Assembly: GCA_964581995.1 (NCBI GenBank)
Contig: CAZOQB010000008.1
Location: forward strand, 77,278-141,277
Length of the DNA stretch: 64,000 bases
Origin: an uncultured Ignavibacteriaceae bacterium
GTDB lineage: Bacteria > Bacteroidota > Ignavibacteria > UBA10030 > BY39
Reading direction: 5' to 3'
Under the pieces are notes generated by a model, which saw only the letters and a list, made by a program, of their open reading frames with translations, did not search any database and was not told the DNA's origin. Positions 10,249-20,470 of this stretch are shown here, in pieces. The translations under genes and the position numbers were made by a program. The first letter of the stretch is position 1; each line of letters begins with the position of its first letter.

Positions 10249-11013
10249 ATGAAATTTTTGAGAATCGGTATTCTTATTATTTTTTTAACGGGGAAAACAT
10301 TCGCACAAGGCTCGGCGGGTTCAAGCGGTGATTTTGAGCCGCGTTATATTATTGATATGCCGGCTGCCGGACTTATCGGGCATAATTCATACGGTATCGA
10401 TGTTGATTTTTTTCAATCAGGCGGAGTGCTATCAGGTTTTACTTACGGTTTATTGAACAGAATCAACATAGGAATTTCATACGGCGGTATTAATCTCATT
10501 GGTTCGACGAAACCGAAATGGAACAAATATCCTGGAATGAATATAAAAATCCGTCCGATCGAGGAAGGCGAGTTCTTCCCGGCAGTCGCGCTTGGTTTTG
10601 ATTCTCAGGGAAAAGAAAATTATATCGACTCTTTGGACAGGTACCTTATTAAATCACCGGGTTTATTTATTGTCTTCAGTAAAAATTTTTTAGTCTCTGG
10701 ATTTCTAACCCTCCACGGCGGTATCAATTATTCGTTAGAACGAGCTGATGGCGATAGAGATATAAACACCTACGCAGGAATCGAGAAATCTTTAACATCT
10801 TTCTTGTCCATCTTAGGTGAATATAACATTGCAATTAATGATAGCGACCCAAAAGCTTTGGGAAAAGGACGAGGTTACCTGAACTTAGGTCTGCGTGCTT
10901 CTTTAGGAAGCGGTTTTACAATCGGATTTAATTTAAAAGATGTAATAAAAAATCAGAACGACATGAGCATCGGAAACAGGACAATAAACATCGAATATGT
11001 GGGTTTCTTTTAA
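10249..11013 (+). CDS. Exported beta-barrel protein, YjbH-like
   Basis: Signal peptide; IDMPAAG start, ALGFDSQG motif, amphipathic strands, C-terminal Phe. Confidence 0.5.
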   Translation: MKFLRIGILIIFLTGKTFAQGSAGSSGDFEPRYIIDMPAAGLIGHNSYGIDVDFFQSGGVLSGFTYGLLNRINIGISYGGINLIGSTKPKWNKYPGMNIKIRPIEEGEFFPAVALGFDSQGKENYIDSLDRYLIKSPGLFIVFSKNFLVSGFLTLHGGINYSLERADGDRDINTYAGIEKSLTSFLSILGEYNIAINDSDPKALGKGRGYLNLGLRASLGSGFTIGFNLKDVIKNQNDMSIGNRTINIEYVGFF

Positions 11014-11210
11014 TTGTATAAAAATAAATACAGAACTTCGGCTTATGTCTATTGATGTAAACAGATATATTTTTCTTAAATGAAAGTTAATATAAATGTT
11101 GACAAAATGACTTATTTTAAGTAGATTGAAATAGTGACATTCTAAAAGATTTGAATTATTGTGGCATTTATATTGTTTTTATAATGACAGTTAAATTTAA
11201 AGGTGATAAA

Positions 11211-12197
11211 ATGAAAAACCTATTTATAGCAACCCTAACACTAATTGTGTTCACAATGTTTTTTACAGGCTGTTATACTCAATTAGGCGCTGTAAAATCC
11301 GAAAGTAGACCTATTATTGAAGAGGATTACTCATACGAACAGAGTGAAGATTATAACTACGACAGCGATACGACATATTATGATCGCAACGGTAGTACCA
11401 CTAACAATAACGATTATTTTGATGGTGGGTCTTGGTATCCTAGACACAGTTGGAGTTATTCCTACTATTACCCTTCATATTACTGGCCCTCTATTGCATT
11501 TGGTTATGTGTACAACGATCCATGGTTTTACGACCGCTACTGGTACTATGACCCTTGGATTTGCGGAACGCCATGGATTTACTACCCCGCATATTACTAT
11601 CCGTCTTTTTATTACCCGCCGTATTACACAAATTATTGGTGGGCAGATAACTACACTGTAACAAGTACAGGTACTGTTACAAAAACCAGGCGCGATTTTG
11701 GAAACTCACGCGATAATGACAAACGTGGCAATACAGCTATTGACGACCGAACAGACCGATTGCCTACCCGCAGCGGATATGACCTGCCGACGGGTGTCGG
11801 AGTTACGGGTTCTGGAGGACGCTCGGCTGCTGGAAAAACAAGTGAGGTACAAAGACCATCGCGCGGAACAAGTTCATCAAGAGAAGTTGCACCAAGAAGT
11901 TCAGATAGATCGCGTCGAAGCGATAGTCCAAGTTCTGGCTCACGCCGTGAACGTTACGAGCGAACCGATCGTGGTCAATCAACTCCGCCCCCAAGCGGAC
12001 CGTCAAGAGGTTCTGAGAGTACTCCAAGACGTGACGACGGAACTTCAACACGGACATACACACCACCGCCATCTGCTCCTGCACCATCAGCACCGGCACC
12101 GTCTTCGCCACCACCATCAAGAGGCGGTGATTCGCGCGGCGGAAGCAACGACAACAACCAAGGTTCGCGCAGCGGCAGTAACCGAGGCGGCAGATAG
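11211..12197 (+). CDS. Lipoprotein with Tyr/Trp/Pro-rich core and Arg/Gly/Ser/Pro-rich disordered tail
   Basis: Lipobox FTGC after hydrophobic leader (ATG 11211); low-complexity C-terminal half. Confidence 0.75.
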   Translation: MKNLFIATLTLIVFTMFFTGCYTQLGAVKSESRPIIEEDYSYEQSEDYNYDSDTTYYDRNGSTTNNNDYFDGGSWYPRHSWSYSYYYPSYYWPSIAFGYVYNDPWFYDRYWYYDPWICGTPWIYYPAYYYPSFYYPPYYTNYWWADNYTVTSTGTVTKTRRDFGNSRDNDKRGNTAIDDRTDRLPTRSGYDLPTGVGVTGSGGRSAAGKTSEVQRPSRGTSSSREVAPRSSDRSRRSDSPSSGSRRERYERTDRGQSTPPPSGPSRGSESTPRRDDGTSTRTYTPPPSAPAPSAPAPSSPPPSRGGDSRGGSNDNNQGSRSGSNRGGR

Positions 12198-12212
12198 TAT
12201 TTAATATTACAA

Positions 12213-13655
12213 ATGAGGAAAATTATGAAGCGAGCAATTTTAATAACGTCATTAATACTTTTATCATGTTTCTCTAACAGAAGCTTTGCACAAAACGATG
12301 TTGATGTTTACCGCTACTCTTCATCGGGTTTTGGAGTCGGTGCACGATCATTAGGAATGGGAACAGCATACACTGCCATCGCAAATGATTACTCGGCAAT
12401 TTATTGGAACCCCGCAGGTTTAGGTCAAATCGAAATGTCAGAGTTTTCTTTAGGTTTGTCGCATCTTTCGTTTAACAACACAAGCGAATACTTCAATAAT
12501 CAAAAAACATATTCCAACAGCGGGACAAACTTCAATAGTTTTGGCCTGGTGTATCCCTTCCCAACCGTTCGTGGAAGTTTAGTTTTCGGGGCTGGTTACT
12601 TCCGGTCAAATGATTTTACAACCGGACTTGGTTACTCAGCTTTCAACCCTGAAAAAAGCATGATACAAGTGTGGGCACCGGATGGAACCCCCTACACATT
12701 AGATATAACACTTGCCGAAGAACTCAAACTAGCAGACATAGATACAGCAACAGGAAGATTTGTCAGCCCAATAACCGACAAACTCCTTCACGGCGGAACC
12801 GTGCTTGAAGGCGGCGGCATGAATAACTGGTCAATCGCATTAGCTTCAGAACCAGTTAAAAATTTAATGATGGGCTTGACTTTAAATATAGTAACCGGCT
12901 CGTATAATTGGTCACAGACGTATACAGAAAAAGATGTTGATAATTATTATCAAGCATATCCATTCGATTTTAATACATTAGCAATTAACCGATGGATTGA
13001 AGCAGAGTTAAGCGGCTTCTACGCGAAGTTTGGATTATTATACAACATCGACCATCGAACCAGAGTAGGATTTACACTTAAAACCCCCACGTGGCTTACT
13101 ATAAAAGAAAAGTTCGGGGATGATATGAAAAGCACTTTCGACAATGGAGATTGGTTCACATATAAATTTAAAGATTTGCAAAATGAGTATGACATAGTAA
13201 CACCATTAGTCGTTGGTGGCGGCATTTCACGTATATTTGGTGATTTCTTAGTTTCTGCCGATATAGAATTTACAGATTGGACACAGATGGAATTTCGTCC
13301 TGTAAGAGATTACTTAGATAATAATCAAACTATCAAAGACATTTTTAGAGCTACAGTCAATTATCGGATCGGCGCTGAATATGAAATTAGCCAAATAGGC
13401 CTCAGACTAAGAGGAGGTTTTGCTCTTACACCCTCACCATATAAAAACGATCCAACTGCTTACAATAAAAAGCTTATCACTGGTGGTTTGGGATATATAT
13501 TCTCCGATGTAGTCGCCATCGATTTAGGTTATGGATACGGTTTCTATGATACATTCCATACAAACACCGTGGACCCGGATAATATTAGAGTTGCAGTTAC
13601 AGATGAACAAATTACGACACACAACGCGTTGATTACACTAACTTATAGATTTTAA
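12213..13655 (+). CDS. FadL/OmpP1-like outer membrane transport protein
   Basis: GARSLGMGTAYTAIANDYSAIYWNPAGLG signature; C-terminal YRF. Confidence 0.85.
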   Translation: MRKIMKRAILITSLILLSCFSNRSFAQNDVDVYRYSSSGFGVGARSLGMGTAYTAIANDYSAIYWNPAGLGQIEMSEFSLGLSHLSFNNTSEYFNNQKTYSNSGTNFNSFGLVYPFPTVRGSLVFGAGYFRSNDFTTGLGYSAFNPEKSMIQVWAPDGTPYTLDITLAEELKLADIDTATGRFVSPITDKLLHGGTVLEGGGMNNWSIALASEPVKNLMMGLTLNIVTGSYNWSQTYTEKDVDNYYQAYPFDFNTLAINRWIEAELSGFYAKFGLLYNIDHRTRVGFTLKTPTWLTIKEKFGDDMKSTFDNGDWFTYKFKDLQNEYDIVTPLVVGGGISRIFGDFLVSADIEFTDWTQMEFRPVRDYLDNNQTIKDIFRATVNYRIGAEYEISQIGLRLRGGFALTPSPYKNDPTAYNKKLITGGLGYIFSDVVAIDLGYGYGFYDTFHTNTVDPDNIRVAVTDEQITTHNALITLTYRF

Positions 13656-13677
13656 AACTATTTGGTTTTAGCTTATG

Positions 13678-13712
13678 AACGCCGACCCGAAAAACTTTGG
13701 ATCGGCGTTTTT
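13678..13712 (+). terminator. Intrinsic terminator
   Basis: AACGCCGACC..GGATCGGCGTT hairpin followed by a T run after the FadL-like gene. Confidence 0.75.
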
Positions 13713-13774
13713 GTTTTATTATCTCATCTTTACAATTTTGACTTTTAACTTTTGATAGTTAAATTGGAATCACT

Positions 13775-16700
13775 ATGTCAAAATTCCTTTTTACCGATAG
13801 CCAACAAAAGGCGCTCGATTTCAACAAGCATCTATCCGTAACCGCGAATGCAGGGTCGGGAAAGACAACCGTTCTCGTTAACAGGTATCTTAATATTCTA
13901 TTTAACACCGATATTCAGATAGATAATCTTGTTGCCATCACATTCACCGAGAAAGCCGCAAGCGAGTTAAAGAAAAAAATTGCTGATACGCTTGATGAAC
14001 AGATAAACTCGGAAACCGATATTTCTCGACTTCACAAAATCGAATCCTTACGCGACCAATTTTCATGGGCGAACATTTCTACCATTCATTCTTTTTGTGC
14101 CAAAATATTGCGCCTCTTTCCAATCGAGTCAGACGTCGATGTCGGCTTTTCCATATTAGACGGTGTCGATAAAGTTATTTTTGAAAATGAATCGATAGAT
14201 GAATCACTCCACCGCTTCCTAACAGACATCAATAGCGACAGAACAGAAGAAATCAAATTTGTTTTAAGGTCATTAGGTAAGAACCGGACGAAAGTGATAC
14301 TACGATTCCTCCTCGAAAAACGTGAACAAGTCGATAGATTGATCCAGAATGTCTTTTCAAAATCGGACGAAGAGATTTTAAACGGCTGGAAGTCGGAAAT
14401 CGAAGCGCAAATATTACCGATTGTCGAATCCGATGTTTGGCGCGAAATATCTAATAGGGTACTGAAAAACGCCTCCACAAACAGCGCAAACGATTTAAAA
14501 ACACAATTATCTAAATGGAAATCCAATATATCATTCGAGAAAAAGTATCGGCTTTATTTTGATATCATCTCTACGCTTTTAACAACCAAGGGAACTTTCA
14601 ATAAAACTTTATTAGGCAAAAAATACGACTTTGAATCTGTGGCTGAAGATGAAAGTGTGCTCGCCAATCAGTGGTTCGAAATAAAAGATATACTGACATC
14701 TATAACCGATGAGAATCTGGATAACAATCAAAACACTCTCCTACGAATTACTAAAACACTTCTGTCGTTATATAATGAAACAGTACAGCTTTACGACCAC
14801 AAGAAAAACGAGAAAAGTTATCTCGATTACGAAGATTTGCAGATTAAAACCCGCAACCTTTTAAACAATCCTGATGTCAAGAAAAAACTTTCACAGAAAT
14901 TTAAATACATCATGATTGATGAGTATCAGGATACGAACCTGCTTCAGTATGAAATCTTCTTGCCTCTGCTCTCCGACCTGAAAAGCGGAAATTTATTTAT
15001 CGTCGGAGACCCCAAGCAATCGATATATCGTTTTCGCGATGCCGACGTTGAAATATTCGAACAAACAAAGAGCGACATTTCAAATTCTCTGTCTCCAACC
15101 GCGAACGATAACTCTTCTAACATCATATTAGCCGAGAGCTTCCGTCTCTTAACTGATATTACATGTTTAACAAATTTTGTATTCTCAAAACTTATGTCGG
15201 ATAAACGGCATAAATTTGAAACCTCATACGAAGAATTAGTAAAAGGAAGGAATAATCCATCTCACGGCAGAATCGAATTGTTCTTACCTAAAATCGATAC
15301 CGATGATAATGAAAAAGCTAAGAAAGCGGACCTTATCGCGATCGAGTGTGAAATGATAGCAAGAAGAATTGTGAATCTGAAAGAAACCAATCACATAATC
15401 TATGATAAGAATGAAAATCCGCATCCTTTTGAATTCCGCGACGCTGCTGTACTACTCCGAAGCCGTACTCATCTGAAAGAGGTCGAAAAAGCGCTCAACA
15501 AATATAAAATTTCTTACTTCATTCACGGCGGCATCGGATTTTTCCAAACACAGGAAATCTACGATTTTTACAATTACTTCCGATTTCTTCTAAACAACAA
15601 TGACGATGTTGCATTAGTTGGTCTGTTGCGGTCTCCTTTCTTTTCAGTCTCGGATGCAGAGTTATACGAGATAGCGATAACCTCAAGGGATGAATATTTC
15701 TGGATAAAGACAAATATATTTATAAAAAGTGAAGAACCATCTCCGCAATTAAGACGTTCAGTAGAAATACTGTACGATAATATAAAGCTCACAAACCGCA
15801 TCCCCATTCCACTGCTTGTTCAACAGATATTAAAAAAAACCGGCTGGCTCGGGACAATAGCCGGTCTTCATTACGGACGACAGAGCCAATCCAACATTGA
15901 AAAGCTCCTGAGCATCGCGCGTGAGTTCGAAGGCAGAGGATTTACAAATCTATACGATTTCGTCGAACGATTAAAGACTTTGATAGAAGGCGAAGAACGT
16001 GAAGGACAGGCGAACATCGAGACCGAGGGAAACGCAGTTCAAATTATGACTATACATTCAGCAAAGGGACTTGAATTTCCGGTTGTGTTTTTACCGTTCT
16101 GCGATAAAAAATTTAAATACGACTCAGAACCTTACCTTGAAAACACTATCGGTTTGGGTTTTACATTTTTCGACCAGGCATCCGATAAAATTGAACCGTT
16201 GAATTATATCCGTCTGAAAAACATTTCCCGTTTGAAAACCGAAGCCGAAGAGAAAAGAATATTCTATGTGGCTTGTACGCGCGCGAAGGATATGCTTGTT
16301 ATTTCAGGAAGTCCTCAAAATGAAAGTAGTTCATACTTAAACTGGCTGCTCAATTCTTTAGATTTTAATCCAGGGGAAATAAAATCTGGAGAAATTTCCG
16401 TACTGAACCGGCAGGTAAAAACGTTGGAACTCATTGACGGAAAATACAAAAGTATAATATTAAGCTACGACTTGAAAATTCATGTCCGTATTTCTCCGGA
16501 TGATATAACCTTAACAGGCAGCCAGACAGAGCCCGACCAAACCATAGAACCCCTTAATACCGTCCTCATAGAACCGTTAAAAGCATCTATTAGAAACGAC
16601 TTCTTCTCTGCAACTCAAATACAAACTTACTTAAACTGTCCGGTTAAATATTTCTTGAGATACAAAATAGGTTTACCGGAGAAAACAACAAAGCAAATTT

Positions 16701-17368
16701 ATTTTCACGAAGAAGAGGATGCGAATGACGTAATAAGAGGTGAAACGCTTGGAATAATCGTCCATGGAATACTCGAAAAATTCCAGGTTTATTCCGAAAC
16801 TGAAATCCGGGAAAACATAGAAAGCACTTTAATAAGTGAACGACTCAGTAATCGTGACAAATTAAATAAATATACAAGCGACATCCTATACAAAATTAAA
16901 ATTATTTACAACTCAAACGCCGTAAAGGATATTTTTTCCATACCGGAATACAAAACCGAGTTTACAATCAACTCAGCATTCGTTGAGGATTTTCTTACGG
17001 GAACAATCGACAGACTGTATAAAGACTCCGAAGATAGCTGGCGTATCGTTGATTATAAAACAGATAAAATTAGCGCAGAGAATATTGAGCAGAGAGCATT
17101 GAGTTATAGAGGGCAGATGTTGTTTTATTCTCTGTTAGTGAGTCGGTTGTTTAAACAAAAAACGGTGCGGGTTTGTATTTTGTTTACTTCACTCCCCGAT
17201 TCTCCTTATTGGTTTAATTTTACCGAAACAGATATAAACGATTTTGAGAAAAAACTATCGGATATATTAAAAGAAATCAAATCCGGGAAGTTAGAAAAGA
17301 ACACGGCAATGTGTTCTAATTGCACTTACACTGTTGATGATAAGTGTGTCTTATCAAGTGATTCGTAG
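13775..17368 (+). CDS. UvrD/AddA-like helicase-nuclease
   Basis: ANAGSGKT, AITFTEKAA, STIHSF, IDEYQDT, VGDPKQSIYRFR, MTIHSAKGLEFP, YVACTRA; C-terminal PD-(D/E)xK (GTIDRL..IVDYKT) with Cys cluster. Confidence 0.92.
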   Translation: MSKFLFTDSQQKALDFNKHLSVTANAGSGKTTVLVNRYLNILFNTDIQIDNLVAITFTEKAASELKKKIADTLDEQINSETDISRLHKIESLRDQFSWANISTIHSFCAKILRLFPIESDVDVGFSILDGVDKVIFENESIDESLHRFLTDINSDRTEEIKFVLRSLGKNRTKVILRFLLEKREQVDRLIQNVFSKSDEEILNGWKSEIEAQILPIVESDVWREISNRVLKNASTNSANDLKTQLSKWKSNISFEKKYRLYFDIISTLLTTKGTFNKTLLGKKYDFESVAEDESVLANQWFEIKDILTSITDENLDNNQNTLLRITKTLLSLYNETVQLYDHKKNEKSYLDYEDLQIKTRNLLNNPDVKKKLSQKFKYIMIDEYQDTNLLQYEIFLPLLSDLKSGNLFIVGDPKQSIYRFRDADVEIFEQTKSDISNSLSPTANDNSSNIILAESFRLLTDITCLTNFVFSKLMSDKRHKFETSYEELVKGRNNPSHGRIELFLPKIDTDDNEKAKKADLIAIECEMIARRIVNLKETNHIIYDKNENPHPFEFRDAAVLLRSRTHLKEVEKALNKYKISYFIHGGIGFFQTQEIYDFYNYFRFLLNNNDDVALVGLLRSPFFSVSDAELYEIAITSRDEYFWIKTNIFIKSEEPSPQLRRSVEILYDNIKLTNRIPIPLLVQQILKKTGWLGTIAGLHYGRQSQSNIEKLLSIAREFEGRGFTNLYDFVERLKTLIEGEEREGQANIETEGNAVQIMTIHSAKGLEFPVVFLPFCDKKFKYDSEPYLENTIGLGFTFFDQASDKIEPLNYIRLKNISRLKTEAEEKRIFYVACTRAKDMLVISGSPQNESSSYLNWLLNSLDFNPGEIKSGEISVLNRQVKTLELIDGKYKSIILSYDLKIHVRISPDDITLTGSQTEPDQTIEPLNTVLIEPLKASIRNDFFSATQIQTYLNCPVKYFLRYKIGLPEKTTKQIYFHEEEDANDVIRGETLGIIVHGILEKFQVYSETEIRENIESTLISERLSNRDKLNKYTSDILYKIKIIYNSNAVKDIFSIPEYKTEFTINSAFVEDFLTGTIDRLYKDSEDSWRIVDYKTDKISAENIEQRALSYRGQMLFYSLLVSRLFKQKTVRVCILFTSLPDSPYWFNFTETDINDFEKKLSDILKEIKSGKLEKNTAMCSNCTYTVDDKCVLSSDS

Positions 17369-17404
17369 TAAAGCCATCTGAATATTATTATACAGCAGAT
17401 TCTG

Positions 17405-17510
17405 AAACTGTTTAAGCAGTTTATTTTTTTCTCTGTTTTTCAGTAACCCACGACTTAAGTCGTGGGTTAACTAAAAGCCTATTTCACCGTGCAACTGTTT
17501 TAACGGTTTA
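17405..17510. repeat. REP/BIME-like triple palindrome
   Basis: AAACTGTTTAAGCAGTTT; perfect 26-bp palindrome TAACCCACGACTTAAGTCGTGGGTTA (17444-17469); AACTGTTTTAACGGTT. Confidence 0.8.
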
Positions 17511-17594
17511 ACATTTTTCAGAGGTATCTAGTAACTATATTCATATAAACCTTAACACAACAACACCATTCTCTTAAATGTTTTTAAATGAAAT

Positions 17595-17624
17595 AAAAAA
17601 GGGCGTCTGTAGTAGGCGCCCTTT
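17595..17624 (-). terminator. Intrinsic terminator of the cupin gene (possibly bidirectional)
   Basis: AAAGGGCGTC..GGCGCCCTTT hairpin with A-tract on the plus strand. Confidence 0.75.
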
Positions 17625-17706
17625 CCCTTGATTACGGAGCTATTTATTACAATAACAACATTATGCCCACCTCACACTAGTATAGACATAATGCGTTCTT
17701 TAAATT

Positions 17707-18168
17707 TTACTTCACACTATTTTTATCGGCATGATGCTCGACCATGTTCAAATCAAATTTGCCGGATTGTTCGATAAAGAATATGGATTCAGATTCCGCA
17801 ACACCGCCGCTTTCGTGCTTCAAGCCGCCTGGAACAGAGACATAAGAACCGGGTCCGTACTTCTTGCCGTTATATGTATAAGCTCCTTTAATAACTACAA
17901 TCTTCGTAGTATTAGTGTGGTAATGGAGTGGCGCCTTGAAACCTGCGGGGAACTTTGTCAATCCGCCATACGCTCCAGTAGTATTGTCGCCCCAAAGCTT
18001 TACGCTCATAACGCCAGGAGGTGCGTCCGCAAGTGGTTCCCACTTTAGATCATCGGCAGACCAAAGAACTGCCTCTTTACTAGCCTTCTTTTGAGCGGAA
18101 GCTTCCGTCGCCGCAAAGAAAATCAGTCCCACAAGGACAAATGCGATGTACATCGATAGTCTTTTCAT
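17707..18168 (-). CDS. Exported cupin (DUF4437-like) protein
   Basis: Signal peptide; PLHYHTN..VIKG..YGPGSYVSVPGGLKHES cupin motifs. Confidence 0.8.
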   Translation of the reverse strand: MKRLSMYIAFVLVGLIFFAATEASAQKKASKEAVLWSADDLKWEPLADAPPGVMSVKLWGDNTTGAYGGLTKFPAGFKAPLHYHTNTTKIVVIKGAYTYNGKKYGPGSYVSVPGGLKHESGGVAESESIFFIEQSGKFDLNMVEHHADKNSVK

Positions 18169-18369
18169 AAAAAACCTTTCGTTTAAATTTATATAATATT
18201 ATTGATTTAGCTAATGTTGATAAAAACTTGACACTGTCAATATATATCGAACCGCAAATAGAAGAAACACATCTTTATGTGGTTTTCTGATTATTGAAAT
18301 TGCTCGGGGAAGTTTTTTGTTTGTGGGGCGGTTTAATTTCTGGTTAAATATAATGAAAGATTTTGGAGT

Positions 18370-19413
18370 TTGAAAATGACGGAGGAATATAGTAAATTGC
18401 TAACACACTTGAATACAAGAAGAAATGTTAAGCCCAAGAAATATAGGAAGAAAAGTTGTGTGAAAGCAACAAATTGCCTACAGAATACATCCCAATCAAC
18501 CCTCTTTGAGCAAGAGCTGATCGGAAAAATCCATCGGATAGATAAGGACTCTGAAAACGCACAACTTCATTACGAGAAAAAGAACGGAAGGCTCTATTTA
18601 GGGGATTCAATTAAATGGCTTTCAAGATTAGAACCTGAAAGCGTTGATATGATATTTGCCGATCCGCCTTACAATATAAAAAAAGCAGACTGGGATAATT
18701 TTGAAAGCCAAGAAGAATACATTAATTGGTCTTTGAGTTGGATTGAACCTGCCTCAAAAGCTCTCAAGAGAACTGGAACACTCTACATTTGCGGCTACTC
18801 AGAAATTCTTGCCGATCTCAAGCACCCATCAATGAAATATTTTAAGGGTTGTCGTTGGATTGTGTGGCACTATAAAAATAAGGCTAACATTATGGGTAAG
18901 GATTGGGGGCGTTCACACGAAAGCATCTTACATTTCCGAAAAGGGAAGGAATTTACTTTTAATCTGAACGATATTCGTGTTCCTTATGGCGGGCACACAT
19001 TAAAGTATCCATATCATCCCCAAGCTGAAACAAGTCAATATGGAAATGGTAAACAACACGTTTGGAAACCAAACCCGCAGGGAGCTAAACCAAAAGATGT
19101 ATTAGATATTCCAACGACTTGTAACGGATCAGAAGAATCCACACCACACCCGACACAAAAGCCAGAAGAACTTGTTAGAAAATTTGTTCTTGCCAGTTCA
19201 AATGAAGGCGACATTGTGTTAGACCCGTTTTCCGGTTCAGGAACGACACTGGTAGTAGCAGAACAATTAAAACGGTGCTGGTTGGGTTGTGATAATAATG
19301 TTGAATACAACGAGTGGGCAATTAAAAGATTAGAAAGTGTACCAAGAAGAACAAAAGAAGAATGGATAGAATTTGACAAAAAAACAGCGGAAAGACGGGA
19401 GTCCATCAGATGA
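18370..19413 (+). CDS. Site-specific DNA methyltransferase (N6-A/N4-C, beta class)
   Basis: DPPY motif IV early; HPTQKP and DPFSGSGTT (motif I) late. Confidence 0.92.
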   Translation: MKMTEEYSKLLTHLNTRRNVKPKKYRKKSCVKATNCLQNTSQSTLFEQELIGKIHRIDKDSENAQLHYEKKNGRLYLGDSIKWLSRLEPESVDMIFADPPYNIKKADWDNFESQEEYINWSLSWIEPASKALKRTGTLYICGYSEILADLKHPSMKYFKGCRWIVWHYKNKANIMGKDWGRSHESILHFRKGKEFTFNLNDIRVPYGGHTLKYPYHPQAETSQYGNGKQHVWKPNPQGAKPKDVLDIPTTCNGSEESTPHPTQKPEELVRKFVLASSNEGDIVLDPFSGSGTTLVVAEQLKRCWLGCDNNVEYNEWAIKRLESVPRRTKEEWIEFDKKTAERRESIR

Positions 19414-20300
19414 CCTTGAAAAAGCTATTAGCAAAAGCAACCGATAAAGAAAAGTTCAAAACAATCCAAAATTATATTGATTTTTGCTCTGAGTATTTAG
19501 AGTTCATCGAAGAGAATTTGCAGGCAGTAATAGTATCGCAAAACGAGAATCATTATAGGTTCTATCAATATAAGAAAGACGGAAATTTTAATGTTAGCAG
19601 ACCGATAAATTCTAATTTGATGTATGATGCAAAAGGATTTGAGAAAGCAAAGAAGAAGTTTAAGAGAATTCTAAAAGATACCGACACAGACACCGCAGAA
19701 CTTAGAGGCGTGCTGAACAATAGTATTTACACAATTCAACAATCAATCGGTGCAACATTGGATGCCCTCCCAGCCACACAATCGAACACTGCCAGAAAAA
19801 TTGTGGGAGATTTATTTGAAAGATTAATCAGAACAATATTAAGCGAAATAGGAATTGATTGTTCTTCTGGTGTGGTAAACATTCCAGTTATTGTAGATGG
19901 AAAAAGAGAATTTGATTTCAGCTATCAGCACGATTTAATTATCAAAAAAGGAGATGAGTTAAAAGCAATTGGTTCTGTTAAAACCTCAAGCAAGGACCGG
20001 ATTGACAAGATTTTCATAGACAAGTTTCTTTACAACAAGCTGACAGATAAAGCTACACCTCATTTTGCCATATTCTTGAACGATGTTCAGAGAAAAGATG
20101 GACGCACAAAAGGAAAGTTTGGGGTGAGTGCAACTTTTTTGCCCGGACACTTTAAGGGATACACCGTAAAACTAAATCCATTAGATGGAGTATATTATTG
20201 CGACATCAGACCAAATATGATTACAGAGGCAATTCTGAAAGATCACATCAAAACATTTGACCATCTTTTGTTTGATGATATTTGGACGATGGTGAGATAA
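19410..20300 (+). CDS. Putative type II restriction endonuclease
   Basis: ATGA overlap with the methylase; QHDLII..GSVKTSSKDR resembles a PD-(D/E)xK-fold catalytic segment. Confidence 0.6.
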   Translation: MTLKKLLAKATDKEKFKTIQNYIDFCSEYLEFIEENLQAVIVSQNENHYRFYQYKKDGNFNVSRPINSNLMYDAKGFEKAKKKFKRILKDTDTDTAELRGVLNNSIYTIQQSIGATLDALPATQSNTARKIVGDLFERLIRTILSEIGIDCSSGVVNIPVIVDGKREFDFSYQHDLIIKKGDELKAIGSVKTSSKDRIDKIFIDKFLYNKLTDKATPHFAIFLNDVQRKDGRTKGKFGVSATFLPGHFKGYTVKLNPLDGVYYCDIRPNMITEAILKDHIKTFDHLLFDDIWTMVR

Positions 20301-20320
20301 ATAAAATCGAGAATCGGGCA

Positions 20321-20458
20321 CACCAACTTTTAATAACTTGGCATTGCGCCTAGCGTTTCGTCAATCAACGCAGTATGTTTGTGAACATATAATTCTCATT
20401 CACAGTGAGCAAAAGTGTTGAGTGAGGCTTTTTAGTCATGGCATTACCAACGTTATGC
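20321..20458 (+). other. attC-like imperfect hairpin
   Basis: ..CACCAAC right after the gene stop and GTTATGC core at 20452; internal arms TCAATCAACGC/GTGTTGAGTGA and TGTGAA/TTCACA pair. Confidence 0.4.
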
Positions 20459-20470
20459 GCAGTACCGTGT

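Noticed and set aside
11317-12204. Long alternative-frame ORFs overlapping the lipoprotein gene
   Set aside because: Expected by-product of GC-rich low-complexity coding sequence; no start signals or motifs.
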